64,000 bases of DNA from Lentisphaerota bacterium (GCA_015061665.1 SUWC01000004.1:17275-81274); one strand, 5' to 3'. Shown: positions 20,864 through 31,241, counted from the stretch's first letter. Notes: generated by a model from the letters alone, not told the origin. Translations and numbers: made by a program.

Positions 20864-22618
20864 CTAGTCGAGCCAGGTCCAGAAGTAGGCGTACGCGGCA
20901 ACCACGCAGCCGACGACGACCGTCGATCCAAGGACGTCGATCCAGTTCCAGCTCGCGCGGTTCTCCTTCTTGAACTCGGGATCGAGTCCGGCGAAGGTAA
21001 GGCCCGTCGTATGGGCGGCGTCAGGAGCCGGAGCCGTGAGGGACGCGACGACGACGATGAGAATCGAGACCGCAAGGAGGATTCCCGAGAAGTAGAAGTC
21101 CTGGATGAACGCAAAGCCGTCGGCGCCGCCCCAGATGATGTTTGCGCCGAGCTTGCACATGCCGAGGATGAAGCCGAGGGAGAGTCCCCAGACGGCGCCG
21201 CGGAGGTTCATGCGCTTCCAGGCAAGGCCCATGACGAACACAGCGACGATAGGCGGCGCGAGGAACGACTGGACGGCCTGGATGTACTGGTAGAGACCGC
21301 CTCCCGCGATGGCCTTCATGATCGGCAGCCAGAGGAGTCCGAGCGCGGTCATGACGACGGTCGTCGTGCGTCCGATCGTGACAAGCTTGCGCTGCGGGGT
21401 GTCGGGCTTGAGCTTCTGGTAGACGTCGACGGTGAAGAGCGTCGAGACGGAGTTGAAGAGCGAGGCGAGCGAGCTCATGAGGGCCGCGATCATTCCGGCG
21501 ACGACGAGTCCGCGGAAGCCGACGGGGAGGAGGTTCTGGACGAGCGTCGGGAACACCTTGTCGCCGTCGATGACCTTCGCGCCGTCGACCATCTTGTACA
21601 TGAGGGACTGGAACTCGACGCCGCCGATCTTGACGTTGTTCTGCCAGAGAGCGAAGCCGAGCATGCCGGGCACGAGGAAGAGGAAGACAGGGCAAAGCTT
21701 GAGCGCGCCGCCCCAGATCGCGCCGCGGCGGGCGTTGGTGAGGTTCTTCGCGGCAAGCGTGCGCTGGATGATGAACTGGTCGGTGCACCAGTACCAGACG
21801 CCGATCGTGGCGGACGCGATGGCAACGCCGAGCCACGGGAACGTCTTGTGGGTGAGCGAGTGCCAGAGGCCGAACTGCTCGACGTTGCCCGTCGACTTGA
21901 TCGTCTGCTTCAGAACGGCCCAGCCGTCCAACATGCCCTGCGCCGTCGAGCCGTCTGCAAGCGCCACGCCCGAGTTGCCGAGGTGGTAGAGAGCGAAGGC
22001 CGTCACGGAAAGAGTGCCGGCGAGGATGATGCCCGTCTGCACGAGGTCCGTGTAGACGACCGCGGAAAGTCCGCCGATCGAGGAATACACGCCCGCTAGG
22101 ATGACCGTCGCAATCGCGCCGATCCAGAACGAGGTGATCGTCGTTCCGCCGATTGTCAGCTGGACCTCGGGCATCATCACCTCGAAGAAGAGCGCACCCG
22201 CGAACACAGTCACGGAAATCTTGGTTAGGACGTACGCCGCAAGCGAGACGAGCGAGAGAATCCAGCGCGCCCTCGCGCCGAATCGACGCTCAAGGAACTC
22301 GGGCATCGTGGATACGCCGCTCTTGTAGTAGAATGGAAGGAACACCCAGCTCATCATTACGAGTACCCACGCGTGGAGCTCCCAGTGGGCCTGGGAAAGG
22401 CCGGCAGCCGCTCCGGAGCCCGCAAGGCCAATCAGATGCTCGGACCCGATGTTAGCCGCAAAGATCGACGCGCCGATTGCGAGCCATCCGACCGAGCGCC
22501 CGCCAAGGAACAAGTCCTCGCCGCTCTGTATCTTCTGCCGCATCATAGTGAAGACGACTACGCCGCCCAGCAGGGCGAAATATCCCGCAATCATCAGCCA
22601 ATCGATCCATGTTAGCAT
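20864..22618 (-). CDS. Sodium:solute symporter (SSF/SGLT-like)
   Basis: 584-aa polytopic ORF: LGGRSVGWLAIGASIFAANIGSEHLIGLAGSGAAAG and STMPEFLERRFG. Confidence 0.9.
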   Translation of the reverse strand: MLTWIDWLMIAGYFALLGGVVVFTMMRQKIQSGEDLFLGGRSVGWLAIGASIFAANIGSEHLIGLAGSGAAAGLSQAHWELHAWVLVMMSWVFLPFYYKSGVSTMPEFLERRFGARARWILSLVSLAAYVLTKISVTVFAGALFFEVMMPEVQLTIGGTTITSFWIGAIATVILAGVYSSIGGLSAVVYTDLVQTGIILAGTLSVTAFALYHLGNSGVALADGSTAQGMLDGWAVLKQTIKSTGNVEQFGLWHSLTHKTFPWLGVAIASATIGVWYWCTDQFIIQRTLAAKNLTNARRGAIWGGALKLCPVFLFLVPGMLGFALWQNNVKIGGVEFQSLMYKMVDGAKVIDGDKVFPTLVQNLLPVGFRGLVVAGMIAALMSSLASLFNSVSTLFTVDVYQKLKPDTPQRKLVTIGRTTTVVMTALGLLWLPIMKAIAGGGLYQYIQAVQSFLAPPIVAVFVMGLAWKRMNLRGAVWGLSLGFILGMCKLGANIIWGGADGFAFIQDFYFSGILLAVSILIVVVASLTAPAPDAAHTTGLTFAGLDPEFKKENRASWNWIDVLGSTVVVGCVVAAYAYFWTWLD

Positions 22619-22654
22619 CTTGGTTTGCTCCTTGTTGATTTTTAGTTTTCCAAT

Positions 22655-22663
22655 ATATTACCA
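22655..22663 (-). promoter_or_regulatory. Extended -10 box TGGTAATAT for the symporter (36-nt leader containing AAGGAG)
   Basis: Forward atattacca at 22655-22663. Confidence 0.4.
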
Positions 22664-22699
22664 AATTATTCCGTTCCGCGCCATCACCCAAATGGGGAA

Positions 22700-23248
22700 T
22701 TACAAAAATTGCTCGGACAGGAGGTCCGCGAGCACGGGGCTTTTTTCGCGTATCTCGTCCTTCGTCAGGCCCTCTATCTCGTGGGGGAACACGACCCACT
22801 CGCTGCCTACGTCGCGGACGAAGTAGTCGGGCTTCATCGACGTCTCGTTGCGCTCCGGCTTCCAGTAGACCGTGGCGATGCGGAAGTCGACGCCAAGCGG
22901 ACGCAGCCGCTCGGCAAGCGCCTCGGCCGTCCGCCCAGTGTCAAACACGTCGTCCACGGCCAATATTCTCTCCCCGGGGGCGAACTTGGCGAATGTCTCC
23001 GCAGCGAAGGTAAGCTCGACCGTCCCCGTTCTGGCGTCGATCCCAGAGTAGCTGGAGCACTTCAGGGGAAGGTGACGGACGTCCCAGCCGGACACCTTGA
23101 GATACTCGTGCACCGACACGCACGCAAATGCTCCGCCGCGCCAGAGTCCGACAATCCAGTCGGGACGCCACCCGCCGACGCGGATTGCCTTGGCCAGCCG
23201 CCAGCTGTCCGCCAGGAAATCATCTGCCGAAACATATGTCTTTGACAT
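22700..23248 (-). CDS. Phosphoribosyltransferase (Gpt/xanthine-guanine PRT-like)
   Basis: 182 aa with the PRPP-binding motif ILAVDDVFDTGRTAE. The overall layout parallels E. coli Gpt (by eye). Confidence 0.8.
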   Translation of the reverse strand: MSKTYVSADDFLADSWRLAKAIRVGGWRPDWIVGLWRGGAFACVSVHEYLKVSGWDVRHLPLKCSSYSGIDARTGTVELTFAAETFAKFAPGERILAVDDVFDTGRTAEALAERLRPLGVDFRIATVYWKPERNETSMKPDYFVRDVGSEWVVFPHEIEGLTKDEIREKSPVLADLLSEQFL

Positions 23249-23250
23249 TG

Positions 23251-23994
23251 TCAGCCCTCCTTGCTTGTGCCTGCATCAGTTGTTTGGAATGAAGTTTGCC
23301 CCGCCGCCCGCAATATCGCCTCGTCTATCCTCTCGGGGATCGTCACGGGAAGCGCATGCTCGGTTCCCTCGACCATCTCCACGACTGCCTGCGGGAAGAC
23401 ACGGGCAAGGAACGCAGCGTTTTCGGGGCGCACTATCCCGTCGCGGAGGCTTTGGAAGACGTGGACTGGGAAGTCCGCCCTGCCGGACGCCGCCAGCGCG
23501 ACAAGCCGCCGCCTGAGGTCCGTCTCGCGCAGATACGAAATGCCGCGCGCAAGGTTCTGCTCGCTATCGACCATGAACGGGTTCGGGCGCCCTTCCGGCA
23601 GGCCGAAGAAGCCAGCGCCTTTCGTCATCTTCAGCCCCGCCTCGAGCGCGGCGAGTCGCCGCTCGCTCATTCCTCGCCAGACGCAGCCGTCGGCGTTGGA
23701 GAGCTCTTCGCTCGCACAGGCCCTCTCCTCCATCATGCGCGGAGTCGCCGCGACGAGGACGAGCGCTCCAATCTTCTCGGGGCACCGCAGCGCAAGCCTC
23801 AGCGCACCGGAGCCGCCCATCGACCATCCGACGACAACCGCCCTGCTGTCAAGCAAATCCATAAACCGCTCGGGCTCGCCGTCCATCTGCTCCACATAAG
23901 AGAAAACCCTCGCGGCCGCATTGCCGCAGAGCGACCTGCAAAGGCTCCATGCCGCAGGACTCGCGGCCCAGCCGTTAAGGACGACTATCCTCAT
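23251..23994 (-). CDS. Alpha/beta hydrolase, BioH-like carboxylesterase
   Basis: VVLNGWAASPAAW, nucleophile elbow VVGWSMGG, C-terminal DG...H. It is collinear with E. coli BioH by eye. ATGA overlap with dapF. Confidence 0.7.
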   Translation of the reverse strand: MRIVVLNGWAASPAAWSLCRSLCGNAAARVFSYVEQMDGEPERFMDLLDSRAVVVGWSMGGSGALRLALRCPEKIGALVLVAATPRMMEERACASEELSNADGCVWRGMSERRLAALEAGLKMTKGAGFFGLPEGRPNPFMVDSEQNLARGISYLRETDLRRRLVALAASGRADFPVHVFQSLRDGIVRPENAAFLARVFPQAVVEMVEGTEHALPVTIPERIDEAILRAAGQTSFQTTDAGTSKEG

Positions 23995-24791
23995 TCCGAA
24001 ACCAGGTCGAGGGAGTCCCAGTCGAATTCACCGGCGAAAACGCGCTTGACCGGTCCGGTAAGCGCAACATCGGAAAACTCGTCGCCATCGAACTTTCCAT
24101 CGACCACGAGCTCGTATCCCTTGGCCGTGGTGACCTTGACCGGGAACGAAAGCCCGTAGTCCGCGACTCCGATGACGGCGGACGCGATCGCGCCCGTTCC
24201 GCACGCGCCCGTCTCCGCCTCCACGCCGCGCTCGTAGGTCCTAACCGTAGCCCTGTCAGGCTGGCGGTAAGACACGAAATCGACGTTCGTTCCGTCCGGC
24301 GCGAACTCCTCGTCGTTCCGTATGGCGCGCCCCTCGCCGTCAACGTCGACCTTCGCGAGGTTCTTGACCGGGACGATCTTGTGCGGCACACCCGCGACGA
24401 CGAAGTCCTCCCTGCGGTCCTTTGGCGGCGGCATGGCGACGCGAACGAGCCCAGGCTCGACGATCTCCGCCTCCACGTCGCCGGCAGCAGTCTCGAACTT
24501 CATCGACGGACCCTTCGCCGCGCCTATCTCGACGGCGAATGCGGCGACGCAGCGCGCACCGTTTCCGCAGAGGTCGGCTTCGGTCCCGTCCGGGTTGAAG
24601 AACCGCATCCTGAAGTCGGCCCGCGCCGATTTCTGCACAAGGATGACTCCTTCGCAGCCGATTCCGTCGGGGCGCGTCGCAAGCGCCGCGATCCTGCGGT
24701 GGTCCTCGATGGGGAAGGACCCGTCGAGGTCGTTGACGAGGACAAAGTCATTGCCCGCGCCGTGCATCTTGACAAAAGGGATCATCTTCAT
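23991..24791 (-). CDS. dapF: Diaminopimelate epimerase
   Basis: FVKMHGAGNDFVLV, FFNPDGTEADLCGNGARC, and a second catalytic Cys in ETGACGTG. Confidence 0.93.
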   Translation of the reverse strand: MKMIPFVKMHGAGNDFVLVNDLDGSFPIEDHRRIAALATRPDGIGCEGVILVQKSARADFRMRFFNPDGTEADLCGNGARCVAAFAVEIGAAKGPSMKFETAAGDVEAEIVEPGLVRVAMPPPKDRREDFVVAGVPHKIVPVKNLAKVDVDGEGRAIRNDEEFAPDGTNVDFVSYRQPDRATVRTYERGVEAETGACGTGAIASAVIGVADYGLSFPVKVTTAKGYELVVDGKFDGDEFSDVALTGPVKRVFAGEFDWDSLDLVSE

Positions 24792-24794
24792 GGC

Positions 24795-27002
24795 TCAGTA
24801 CCCCAGAAAGGCTTCATACCAGTCGAACTTCGGCAAGGGCATCGACTCGCCGCCTGTCATGTCGATCAGGTCGAACAGTATCTCGAAAGCCTCGTCCAGG
24901 ACGATGTCGTCGTCCTTCGTCTTGTTTTTGCGGAAGCGCGACCTGGACTCTTCCTTGTCCTTGCCGTCCTTCTTCTCGTCTAGCTCGCGTATTTCGCGGT
25001 CCGCCCGCATCATCGCCTTGCGCGCACCGCGCTCGAGCGAGACGAACTCGCGGTCTCCCACGGCCTTCATCGCGGCGACGTTCTCCATGTGCTTCTTGAA
25101 CCTCTCGTCGTTCATGCGGCGCGCCTCGGAAAGCGCCGAAAGCCTCGCGATGTATTCGTCGACGTTCCATGCCTTCGAGTAGCCGAGCTTCGCTATGCGC
25201 GTGAAGGGCAGGGCGTAGGTCAGCTTGTCCTCGCCGATGTCGAGCGTGTCGAGAAGCGACGGCAGGCAGATGTCGGACGCAACGCCGTTTAGCTGGGTCG
25301 AGCGCCCGTCGATCCTGTAGAAGCGGGACGTCGTGATCTTCATCGAGCCGAAGTGAGGATTGCCGAGCTCCATCACGGACTGCACCGTCCCCTTCCCGTG
25401 CGTCGTGTGGTCGCCGAGAACAATTGCGCGCCCCGTGTCGCGAAGGTGCCCGGCGGCGATTTCGGACGCGCTGGCGCTGGCACGGTCCACAAGGACCACG
25501 AGGGGCTTGCGGAACGCGGCCTCGTTGCCGCGCTCGATGTAGAGCGGATGGACGCGCAGGTCGCATGTCTGGACGACAGGCCCCTTGTCCACGAACACGC
25601 CCGCAAGGCGAAGCGCCTCTATGAGCGCGCCGCCGCCGTTTCCGCGCAGGTCGAGGACTAGCCCCTCGATTCCCTCGTAGTCGTAGGCCAGCACGAGTCG
25701 CCGCACGTCCTCCGCGGAGCTGCGCGAGCCCTCCTCGCCCGGCCTCTTGTCCATCGTCCCGTAGAATGCGGGAAGATACACGTAGCCGAGCTTGCGGCTC
25801 ACCTCCGCGCCGTCTATCTCGCGCGTGACGGTCTCGACGCGCCCCGTCGCCGCCTGGTCCTCGAGCTTGATCTCGTCGCGCACGAGCTCGATCAGCTTGC
25901 GCGTCATGCCGGAGGGATCGGAGCGCGGCTGGATCTCAAGCGTGACGCGCGTGCCCTTGGGGCCGCGTATCTTCTTGATGGACTTCTTCATCGGCTGCCA
26001 CATGATGTCCTCGACCTTGCCGCCCTCCTGTCCGACGCCGGTGATCTTGTCCCCCTTCTTGATCCGTCCGTCCGTCGCCATCGGGCCGCCCGGCATGACT
26101 TCGGAAATCTTCAACGCCCCGTCGTCCATCGAAAGCACCGCGCCCACGCCGCACAGCGTGAGGTTCATGCCCATGTCGAAGTCCTCCTTCGTCGTCGGGG
26201 ACATGTAGTCCGTATGCGGGTCGTACGCGCGCGACACGGCGGAGAGGTAGTGCTGTAGGACAGCCTCCTCGTCCGGCTCGGTGAGCACGGTTATGTACTG
26301 GCGGTATTTCTTGATGAGGTTCTGCTCGGGAGTCAGCTTCGGGTCGATCTCCTCGCCGTCTTCATCCACGGGAGCCGCGGCCTCCGCGCCTTCCACCGCG
26401 TTCGTCGCGCACCCGACGGCGTTGGTCGTCGCATCGCCCTTGGCGGACTCCTCCGCCTCCTTGGCCTTCTCGCGCGCATCGTCCTCCGCATCGAGTTCGC
26501 GCGACAGTATCTGCGCAAGGACCTCGTTCTTCATGCGCTTGCGCCAGTGGGCCTCCGCGTCCTCGCGCGTCTCGGGCCAGGGGGCGTCCTTGCGCTTGAA
26601 GCGGTAGTCTTCGTCGACCGTGAAGTCCCATTCCGCCGCCATCAGCAGGTTCGTCGCGAAGTCGATCCGCTCGTGCAGGCGCTCGCAGTAGACGCGGTAG
26701 ACGTCGAATCCGAACGAGACGTCGCCCTCCTTCAGCTCGTCGTCGAGCAGCGTCTCGCGCTTGGCGAACTCGTCGAGGTCGGACTTCAGGAACACCGAGT
26801 GGTCGAAGTCGTAGTACGTGACCAGGTTGGTCCATGCCCTTCGGGACATTTCGTCGTCGAACGGCTCGTGCAGGACGTGCAGGTTCGGCAGCATCGCCGC
26901 GACGCGCTGCGCGATGCGCCCGTAGTACGGCTGCGGCTTGACCTCGGCCGCGTTCGCGAGGGCCGCGACGGCCATCGCAAGGACAAATGAGATATTCTTC
27001 AT
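24795..27002 (-). CDS. prc: Tail-specific / C-terminal processing protease (S41, Prc-like)
   Basis: The start was moved to ATG 27002 (MKNISFVLAMAVAALANAAE, a signal peptide). The longer ORF overlaps the upstream gene. A PDZ-like segment is followed by LVDRASASASEIAAG...HGKGTVQS. Confidence 0.85.
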   Translation of the reverse strand: MKNISFVLAMAVAALANAAEVKPQPYYGRIAQRVAAMLPNLHVLHEPFDDEMSRRAWTNLVTYYDFDHSVFLKSDLDEFAKRETLLDDELKEGDVSFGFDVYRVYCERLHERIDFATNLLMAAEWDFTVDEDYRFKRKDAPWPETREDAEAHWRKRMKNEVLAQILSRELDAEDDAREKAKEAEESAKGDATTNAVGCATNAVEGAEAAAPVDEDGEEIDPKLTPEQNLIKKYRQYITVLTEPDEEAVLQHYLSAVSRAYDPHTDYMSPTTKEDFDMGMNLTLCGVGAVLSMDDGALKISEVMPGGPMATDGRIKKGDKITGVGQEGGKVEDIMWQPMKKSIKKIRGPKGTRVTLEIQPRSDPSGMTRKLIELVRDEIKLEDQAATGRVETVTREIDGAEVSRKLGYVYLPAFYGTMDKRPGEEGSRSSAEDVRRLVLAYDYEGIEGLVLDLRGNGGGALIEALRLAGVFVDKGPVVQTCDLRVHPLYIERGNEAAFRKPLVVLVDRASASASEIAAGHLRDTGRAIVLGDHTTHGKGTVQSVMELGNPHFGSMKITTSRFYRIDGRSTQLNGVASDICLPSLLDTLDIGEDKLTYALPFTRIAKLGYSKAWNVDEYIARLSALSEARRMNDERFKKHMENVAAMKAVGDREFVSLERGARKAMMRADREIRELDEKKDGKDKEESRSRFRKNKTKDDDIVLDEAFEILFDLIDMTGGESMPLPKFDWYEAFLGY

Positions 27003-27682
27003 GAATTGTTCTCCATTATGCCGACGAGCCGTGCCAGCTCGGCTGGCGGTATGACGACTCGCTCGGCGTCGAAACTCCTGAGCAGCTCGCTGGAATTCAG
27101 TATCACCGCGCCCTTGACCTCGGCTATGTGTGCGCGGAACGTGTCGCTGGCGAACGCCAGCACCGGCGTGACATCGCCGTCCCAGCCGAACTTGGCGAGC
27201 TTCGCCTTGACGAGCTGCGCCTCGCGGCGCACCTGCCTTAGTGGCGAGCGGTCGGGCAGCCTTCCGTTGATAAGGACATTGCCCTCCTCGACCGTCACCG
27301 AGCCGTTCCAGCACTTCGTCTCGACGGCGAATACGCCCGCAGGCCCGACGACGACATGGTCGACGTGGACGCGGGGCGAGACGACGTAGTCGTTGAAGAC
27401 GTGGTATCTGTCAGGAAGCCGCGCGAGCATCCCAGCGACGCGCTCCTCTCCGCGCGCGCCGACGTAGAAGCGCTTGACGCACGTAACGCCCCTTGCCGCG
27501 CTGACCGCGATGACCGCAAACGCCGCGGCGAGCAGCAGCGCGCCCCATGCGTGCCCCGCGACGAACCACGTGGCTATCGCGAACCCCGCAAGGAACGAGC
27601 CAAGGAACACGGGCCAAAGGCCCATGACGACCCCCTGTGCGCGAGCCCACTCGCCAGGTACTCCATGTACGTGCGCAGCCAT
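26999..27682 (-). CDS. NERD-domain membrane protein
   Basis: Two N-terminal TM segments are followed by YHVFNDYVV...HVDHVVVGPAGVFAVETKCWNG (NERD motif). ATGA overlap with prc. An alternative start is at 27625. Confidence 0.7.
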   Translation of the reverse strand: MAAHVHGVPGEWARAQGVVMGLWPVFLGSFLAGFAIATWFVAGHAWGALLLAAAFAVIAVSAARGVTCVKRFYVGARGEERVAGMLARLPDRYHVFNDYVVSPRVHVDHVVVGPAGVFAVETKCWNGSVTVEEGNVLINGRLPDRSPLRQVRREAQLVKAKLAKFGWDGDVTPVLAFASDTFRAHIAEVKGAVILNSSELLRSFDAERVVIPPAELARLVGIMENNS

Positions 27683-27685
27683 CCG

Positions 27686-29506
27686 TCAATCCCTCCCGTC
27701 CTTGCAGTTCAACATCTTTCCGACCGACGCGGCGACGCCGGCCTCGTCAAGCCCGTACTTCGCCGCAAGCTCCGCCTGGGAGCCATGCGGGATGAACTCG
27801 TCAGGCCAGCCGAGCTTGAGGTCCGCGCCGATAAGCTCCCCGAACCCGCCCGCGACCGAGCCGTTCTCGAGCGAGACAATCTTCATGCCCCGCGCGCGCT
27901 GCCGCGCGAGAAGCTCCGCGTCGAAGGGCTTGATGTAGCGCGCATGGACGGCGACGCCGCCAAGCGCACGTGCGACGGACTCCGCGACGCCAAGCCAGTC
28001 GCCCGTCGCCCATATCGCGAACCTGGGCGAAGCGCAGTCCGCGCCGACGGTTTCCACGGCAAGGACCGTCTCCCCGCCCTTCGCGGGAGCGGAAGCGGAC
28101 TCAGCCGCGCCTCGCGCGACCTTGCCGCGGGGGTAGCGGATGACGGTCGGTCCCCTGCGCCCCAGCGCCTCTTCGAGGAGCTTCGCCATGTCTTCCGCGT
28201 CGCGCGGCTGCGCGATTGCGACGCCGGGGATGGAGCGGACCATCGAAATGTCGAAGACGCCCTGGTGCGTCTTGCCGTCCGCCCCGACTACTCCGGCGCG
28301 GTCAACCGCAAAGACGACGGGCACTTTCGCGATTGCGCAGTCGTGCGCTATGTGGTCGACAGCCCTCTGGAGGAACGTCGAATAGACCGCGACGACAGGC
28401 TTCATGCCGCCCTGCGCGAGGCCCGCTGCGAACGAGACCATGTGCCCCTCGGCGATGCCGACGTCGAAAAAGCGGCTCGGAAAGCGGGACGCGAACTCGG
28501 CGAGGCCCGTTCCGTCCTTCATGCCGGCCGTCAGCGCGACGACGCGTCCATCTCGTTCCGCCGCCGCGACGAGCGCGCCGCCGAACGCGTCGCTCCACGA
28601 AATCTGCGCCGACGCCCGGTCCCCCGGCTTTGCCGCGGAGGATGCGCCCGTGGAAGCGGCTTCCGCCGCAGCGCGGTCGAACGGACCCACGCCGTGCCAC
28701 TTGGTCGGATTGTCCTCGGCCGGCTTCCAGCCCTTGCCCTTGCGCGTAACGACATGGACGATCACCGAGCCCTGCTCCGCCTTCGCGACCTCGAACGCCG
28801 CCTTTAGCGCGGCTACGTCATGCCCGTTCACAGGCCCGAGGTAGCGGAAGCCGAACTTGTTGAAGAAGCCGTCGCCGAGGAAGAAGGACTTGATGCGGCC
28901 CTTGATGCGGTGGGCCACTCCGTGCAGGAACGAAAGCCCGATTGCGCGCCCGGCCGCGCGCGCGGCGTTTTTGACGCGGTTGTAGCGCGTTCCCGCGATC
29001 AGGCGCCCCAGGAACCTGGAGAAGCTGCCGGACGGCTTGGATATGCTCATCCCGTTGTCGTTCAGCACGAGGATCACCTTGCTCGCCGAGGCGGCGAAGT
29101 TCATCGCCTCGAAGCTCGTCCCGTTGACGAGCGACGAATCGCCGACGACCGCGACGACATGCTCGTCCGTCCCCTTTAGGCTGCGCGCGGACGCGTAGCC
29201 CTCCGCGACGGAGAGCGCTACGCCTGCATGGCCCGCGACAGCCGCATCGCACGGCGACTCAAGCGGCGTCGTGAAGCCGGAGAGCCCTCCAAGGGTGCGG
29301 ATCGTCCCAAACTCGGCGTCTCGCCCCGTAAGAAGCTTCCAGGCGTACGCCTGGTGCCCTACGTCCCACACTATGCGGTCCTTCTCGGGATCGAAGGCCT
29401 CGCGCAGCGCCATTGCGATCTCGACAGCGCCGAGAGACGGAGAAAGATGTCCTCCGTTCGACGCCACCGTCGCGATTATCCTTTCCCTTATTTCCTCTGC
29501 CGTCAC
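27686..29506 (-). CDS. dxs: 1-deoxy-D-xylulose-5-phosphate synthase
   Basis: 606 aa: GGHLSPSLGAVEIAMAL, VWDVGHQAYAWKLLTGR, VVGDSSLVNG. GTG start. The N-terminus is shorter than in E. coli Dxs. Confidence 0.95.
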   Translation of the reverse strand: MTAEEIRERIIATVASNGGHLSPSLGAVEIAMALREAFDPEKDRIVWDVGHQAYAWKLLTGRDAEFGTIRTLGGLSGFTTPLESPCDAAVAGHAGVALSVAEGYASARSLKGTDEHVVAVVGDSSLVNGTSFEAMNFAASASKVILVLNDNGMSISKPSGSFSRFLGRLIAGTRYNRVKNAARAAGRAIGLSFLHGVAHRIKGRIKSFFLGDGFFNKFGFRYLGPVNGHDVAALKAAFEVAKAEQGSVIVHVVTRKGKGWKPAEDNPTKWHGVGPFDRAAAEAASTGASSAAKPGDRASAQISWSDAFGGALVAAAERDGRVVALTAGMKDGTGLAEFASRFPSRFFDVGIAEGHMVSFAAGLAQGGMKPVVAVYSTFLQRAVDHIAHDCAIAKVPVVFAVDRAGVVGADGKTHQGVFDISMVRSIPGVAIAQPRDAEDMAKLLEEALGRRGPTVIRYPRGKVARGAAESASAPAKGGETVLAVETVGADCASPRFAIWATGDWLGVAESVARALGGVAVHARYIKPFDAELLARQRARGMKIVSLENGSVAGGFGELIGADLKLGWPDEFIPHGSQAELAAKYGLDEAGVAASVGKMLNCKDGRD

Positions 29507-29507
29507 C

Positions 29508-31148
29508 TCAGGAAGCCTCTTTCTTCTCTTCTGTTTCCGGCAGGGACATAAAGCCCCTGCGCTTTCTTGGGAGGTTTTCGCGCGGACCGGAGAACCTGTC
29601 GTGCAGGCGTTGCTCGGCCTTCTTGCGCCCCTCCTCGTTTCTTCTAAGCAGCAAAAGCGTCGTCGCGTTCTGCCCGAACGCGTCTTCCTTCAGCACAAGC
29701 TCGTAGTCCTTCTTCAGCAGCTCCCAGTACGCCATCTGCTGCTCAAGCGGACGCTCGACGCACGTGGGCGGCATTATGGCGAAGCTGTAGCCGCTGAGGG
29801 CCGCGATTTCGCATGGGGCGGACGAAAGGAGCTCGCGCCATTCCTCGTCAGTCATCATGCTGAACGGACCCATCTCAAGCCCCTGCGGGACGCGTCGGTT
29901 CGTCTCGATGGCGAGGTAGAGGTCCTGCGTCAGGATGCGGCGCCCGCCTGGGTCGAGCTTCTCGACCATTTGCGCGACATCGCGGAGCTGGGCAAGCTCG
30001 CTCTTCTGCTTCTTTAACGGCCAGAAGCGGTCCTGCCCGTTGACCGACCACTTCTCCAGCAGCGGGGACGAAAACGAAGACGCGAAGGCCAGCCCGAGGA
30101 CAAGCAGGACCTTCAGGTTGCGGTCGCCGTCGTCAAACCCCGCGCTGTCTACGGCGAAGCGAGGGCGCGAACCGACGAAGCAGGCGGACGCGACGGCGGC
30201 CAGAAGGCCCATCACCGGAACGTGGTAGTCCTCGTAGGGGAACGGCGCGAGCATCTGAACGGCAAAGACGGCCACGAAGCCCCAGGCCGTCAGCCGGCAC
30301 GGAAGCGTCGCAACGCCGTCGGCGCGGCAGAACCGCCGCGCGAAGACGGCGAGCCCCAGGATGACGAAAAGCGGCATGTACCAGCGGACCAGGCGCGAAA
30401 GGCTGCCGATGGTGAAGACGACGTCGTGTCCGCCGCGCGCCGCGTGGTAGCGCTGGGCAAGGACAATGCCGTTGCGGAAGGCCGGGTCGATGAGGAACGG
30501 ACCATATATCGCCGCGAGCCCGATTGCGCCGCCGATGCCAAACCAGACGAAGTCGAAGCGGCGCGTCCGCCACGCCATGAGCAGCCCTATCCCGCCGACC
30601 GCCAGGAGCGCGCCTAGGCTTATGCGCACGCCGCACGCAAAGGCGAGCGAGAGACCAGAGGCGAAGAGTATCCCGCGGTGAAGGCGGAAGTTCGGCCTCA
30701 CGACGGCGAATGCCAGCAGGTAGAAGCCGATGGACGTGAAGAAGCTCGCAAGGGCGTATGTCTTAGGGATCGCCTCGAAGTAGACGTGGTAGAGGTTGCA
30801 GCCGAGCAGCATGAAGGCGATCACGCCGGCCTCCTTGCGCCTGTTCTCGGGAACCATCAGCCGCGCGAGGGCGGCGGAGAACAAGATGCCGACAAGGCCG
30901 ATGCCGCACGTCAGCACGCGCGCGCCCAGAAGGCCGAAGACATGCCATACCCAGGAGAAGGATGAATACATGAGCGGCATGAGGGGGCCCTGGGTAAAGA
31001 AGAAGTCGCGATAGGGGACCTTCCCTTCGCCCACAAGGTTCGCGGCATAGAGGTACCAGCCTTCATCCTGGTTCAGCCCGCCAAGCCAAACCGCGGCGAA
31101 GGCGAGGACCGCAAACGCAAAGCCCGCCAATGCTTCATATCGCTTCAT
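29508..31148 (-). CDS. Polytopic membrane glycosyltransferase, GT-C fold (ArnT/PMT-like)
   Basis: 546 aa. The first-loop acidic motif LNQDEGWYLYAA is followed by about 11-12 hydrophobic spans and a soluble C-terminal domain. Confidence 0.6.
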   Translation of the reverse strand: MKRYEALAGFAFAVLAFAAVWLGGLNQDEGWYLYAANLVGEGKVPYRDFFFTQGPLMPLMYSSFSWVWHVFGLLGARVLTCGIGLVGILFSAALARLMVPENRRKEAGVIAFMLLGCNLYHVYFEAIPKTYALASFFTSIGFYLLAFAVVRPNFRLHRGILFASGLSLAFACGVRISLGALLAVGGIGLLMAWRTRRFDFVWFGIGGAIGLAAIYGPFLIDPAFRNGIVLAQRYHAARGGHDVVFTIGSLSRLVRWYMPLFVILGLAVFARRFCRADGVATLPCRLTAWGFVAVFAVQMLAPFPYEDYHVPVMGLLAAVASACFVGSRPRFAVDSAGFDDGDRNLKVLLVLGLAFASSFSSPLLEKWSVNGQDRFWPLKKQKSELAQLRDVAQMVEKLDPGGRRILTQDLYLAIETNRRVPQGLEMGPFSMMTDEEWRELLSSAPCEIAALSGYSFAIMPPTCVERPLEQQMAYWELLKKDYELVLKEDAFGQNATTLLLLRRNEEGRKKAEQRLHDRFSGPRENLPRKRRGFMSLPETEEKKEAS

Positions 31149-31156
31149 GAAATAAT

Positions 31157-31165
31157 ATTATATCA
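31157..31165 (-). promoter_or_regulatory. Extended -10 box TGATATAAT, 8 nt upstream of ATG 31148 (leaderless-type)
   Basis: Forward attatatca at 31157-31165. Confidence 0.5.
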
Positions 31166-31241
31166 AAAAGGGGCTCGCTATGGGACAGGGACTTCTCGCT
31201 TGGAGGTTCCCCATCTTCCCTTTCGCTTTTTTTGTCTGGTC

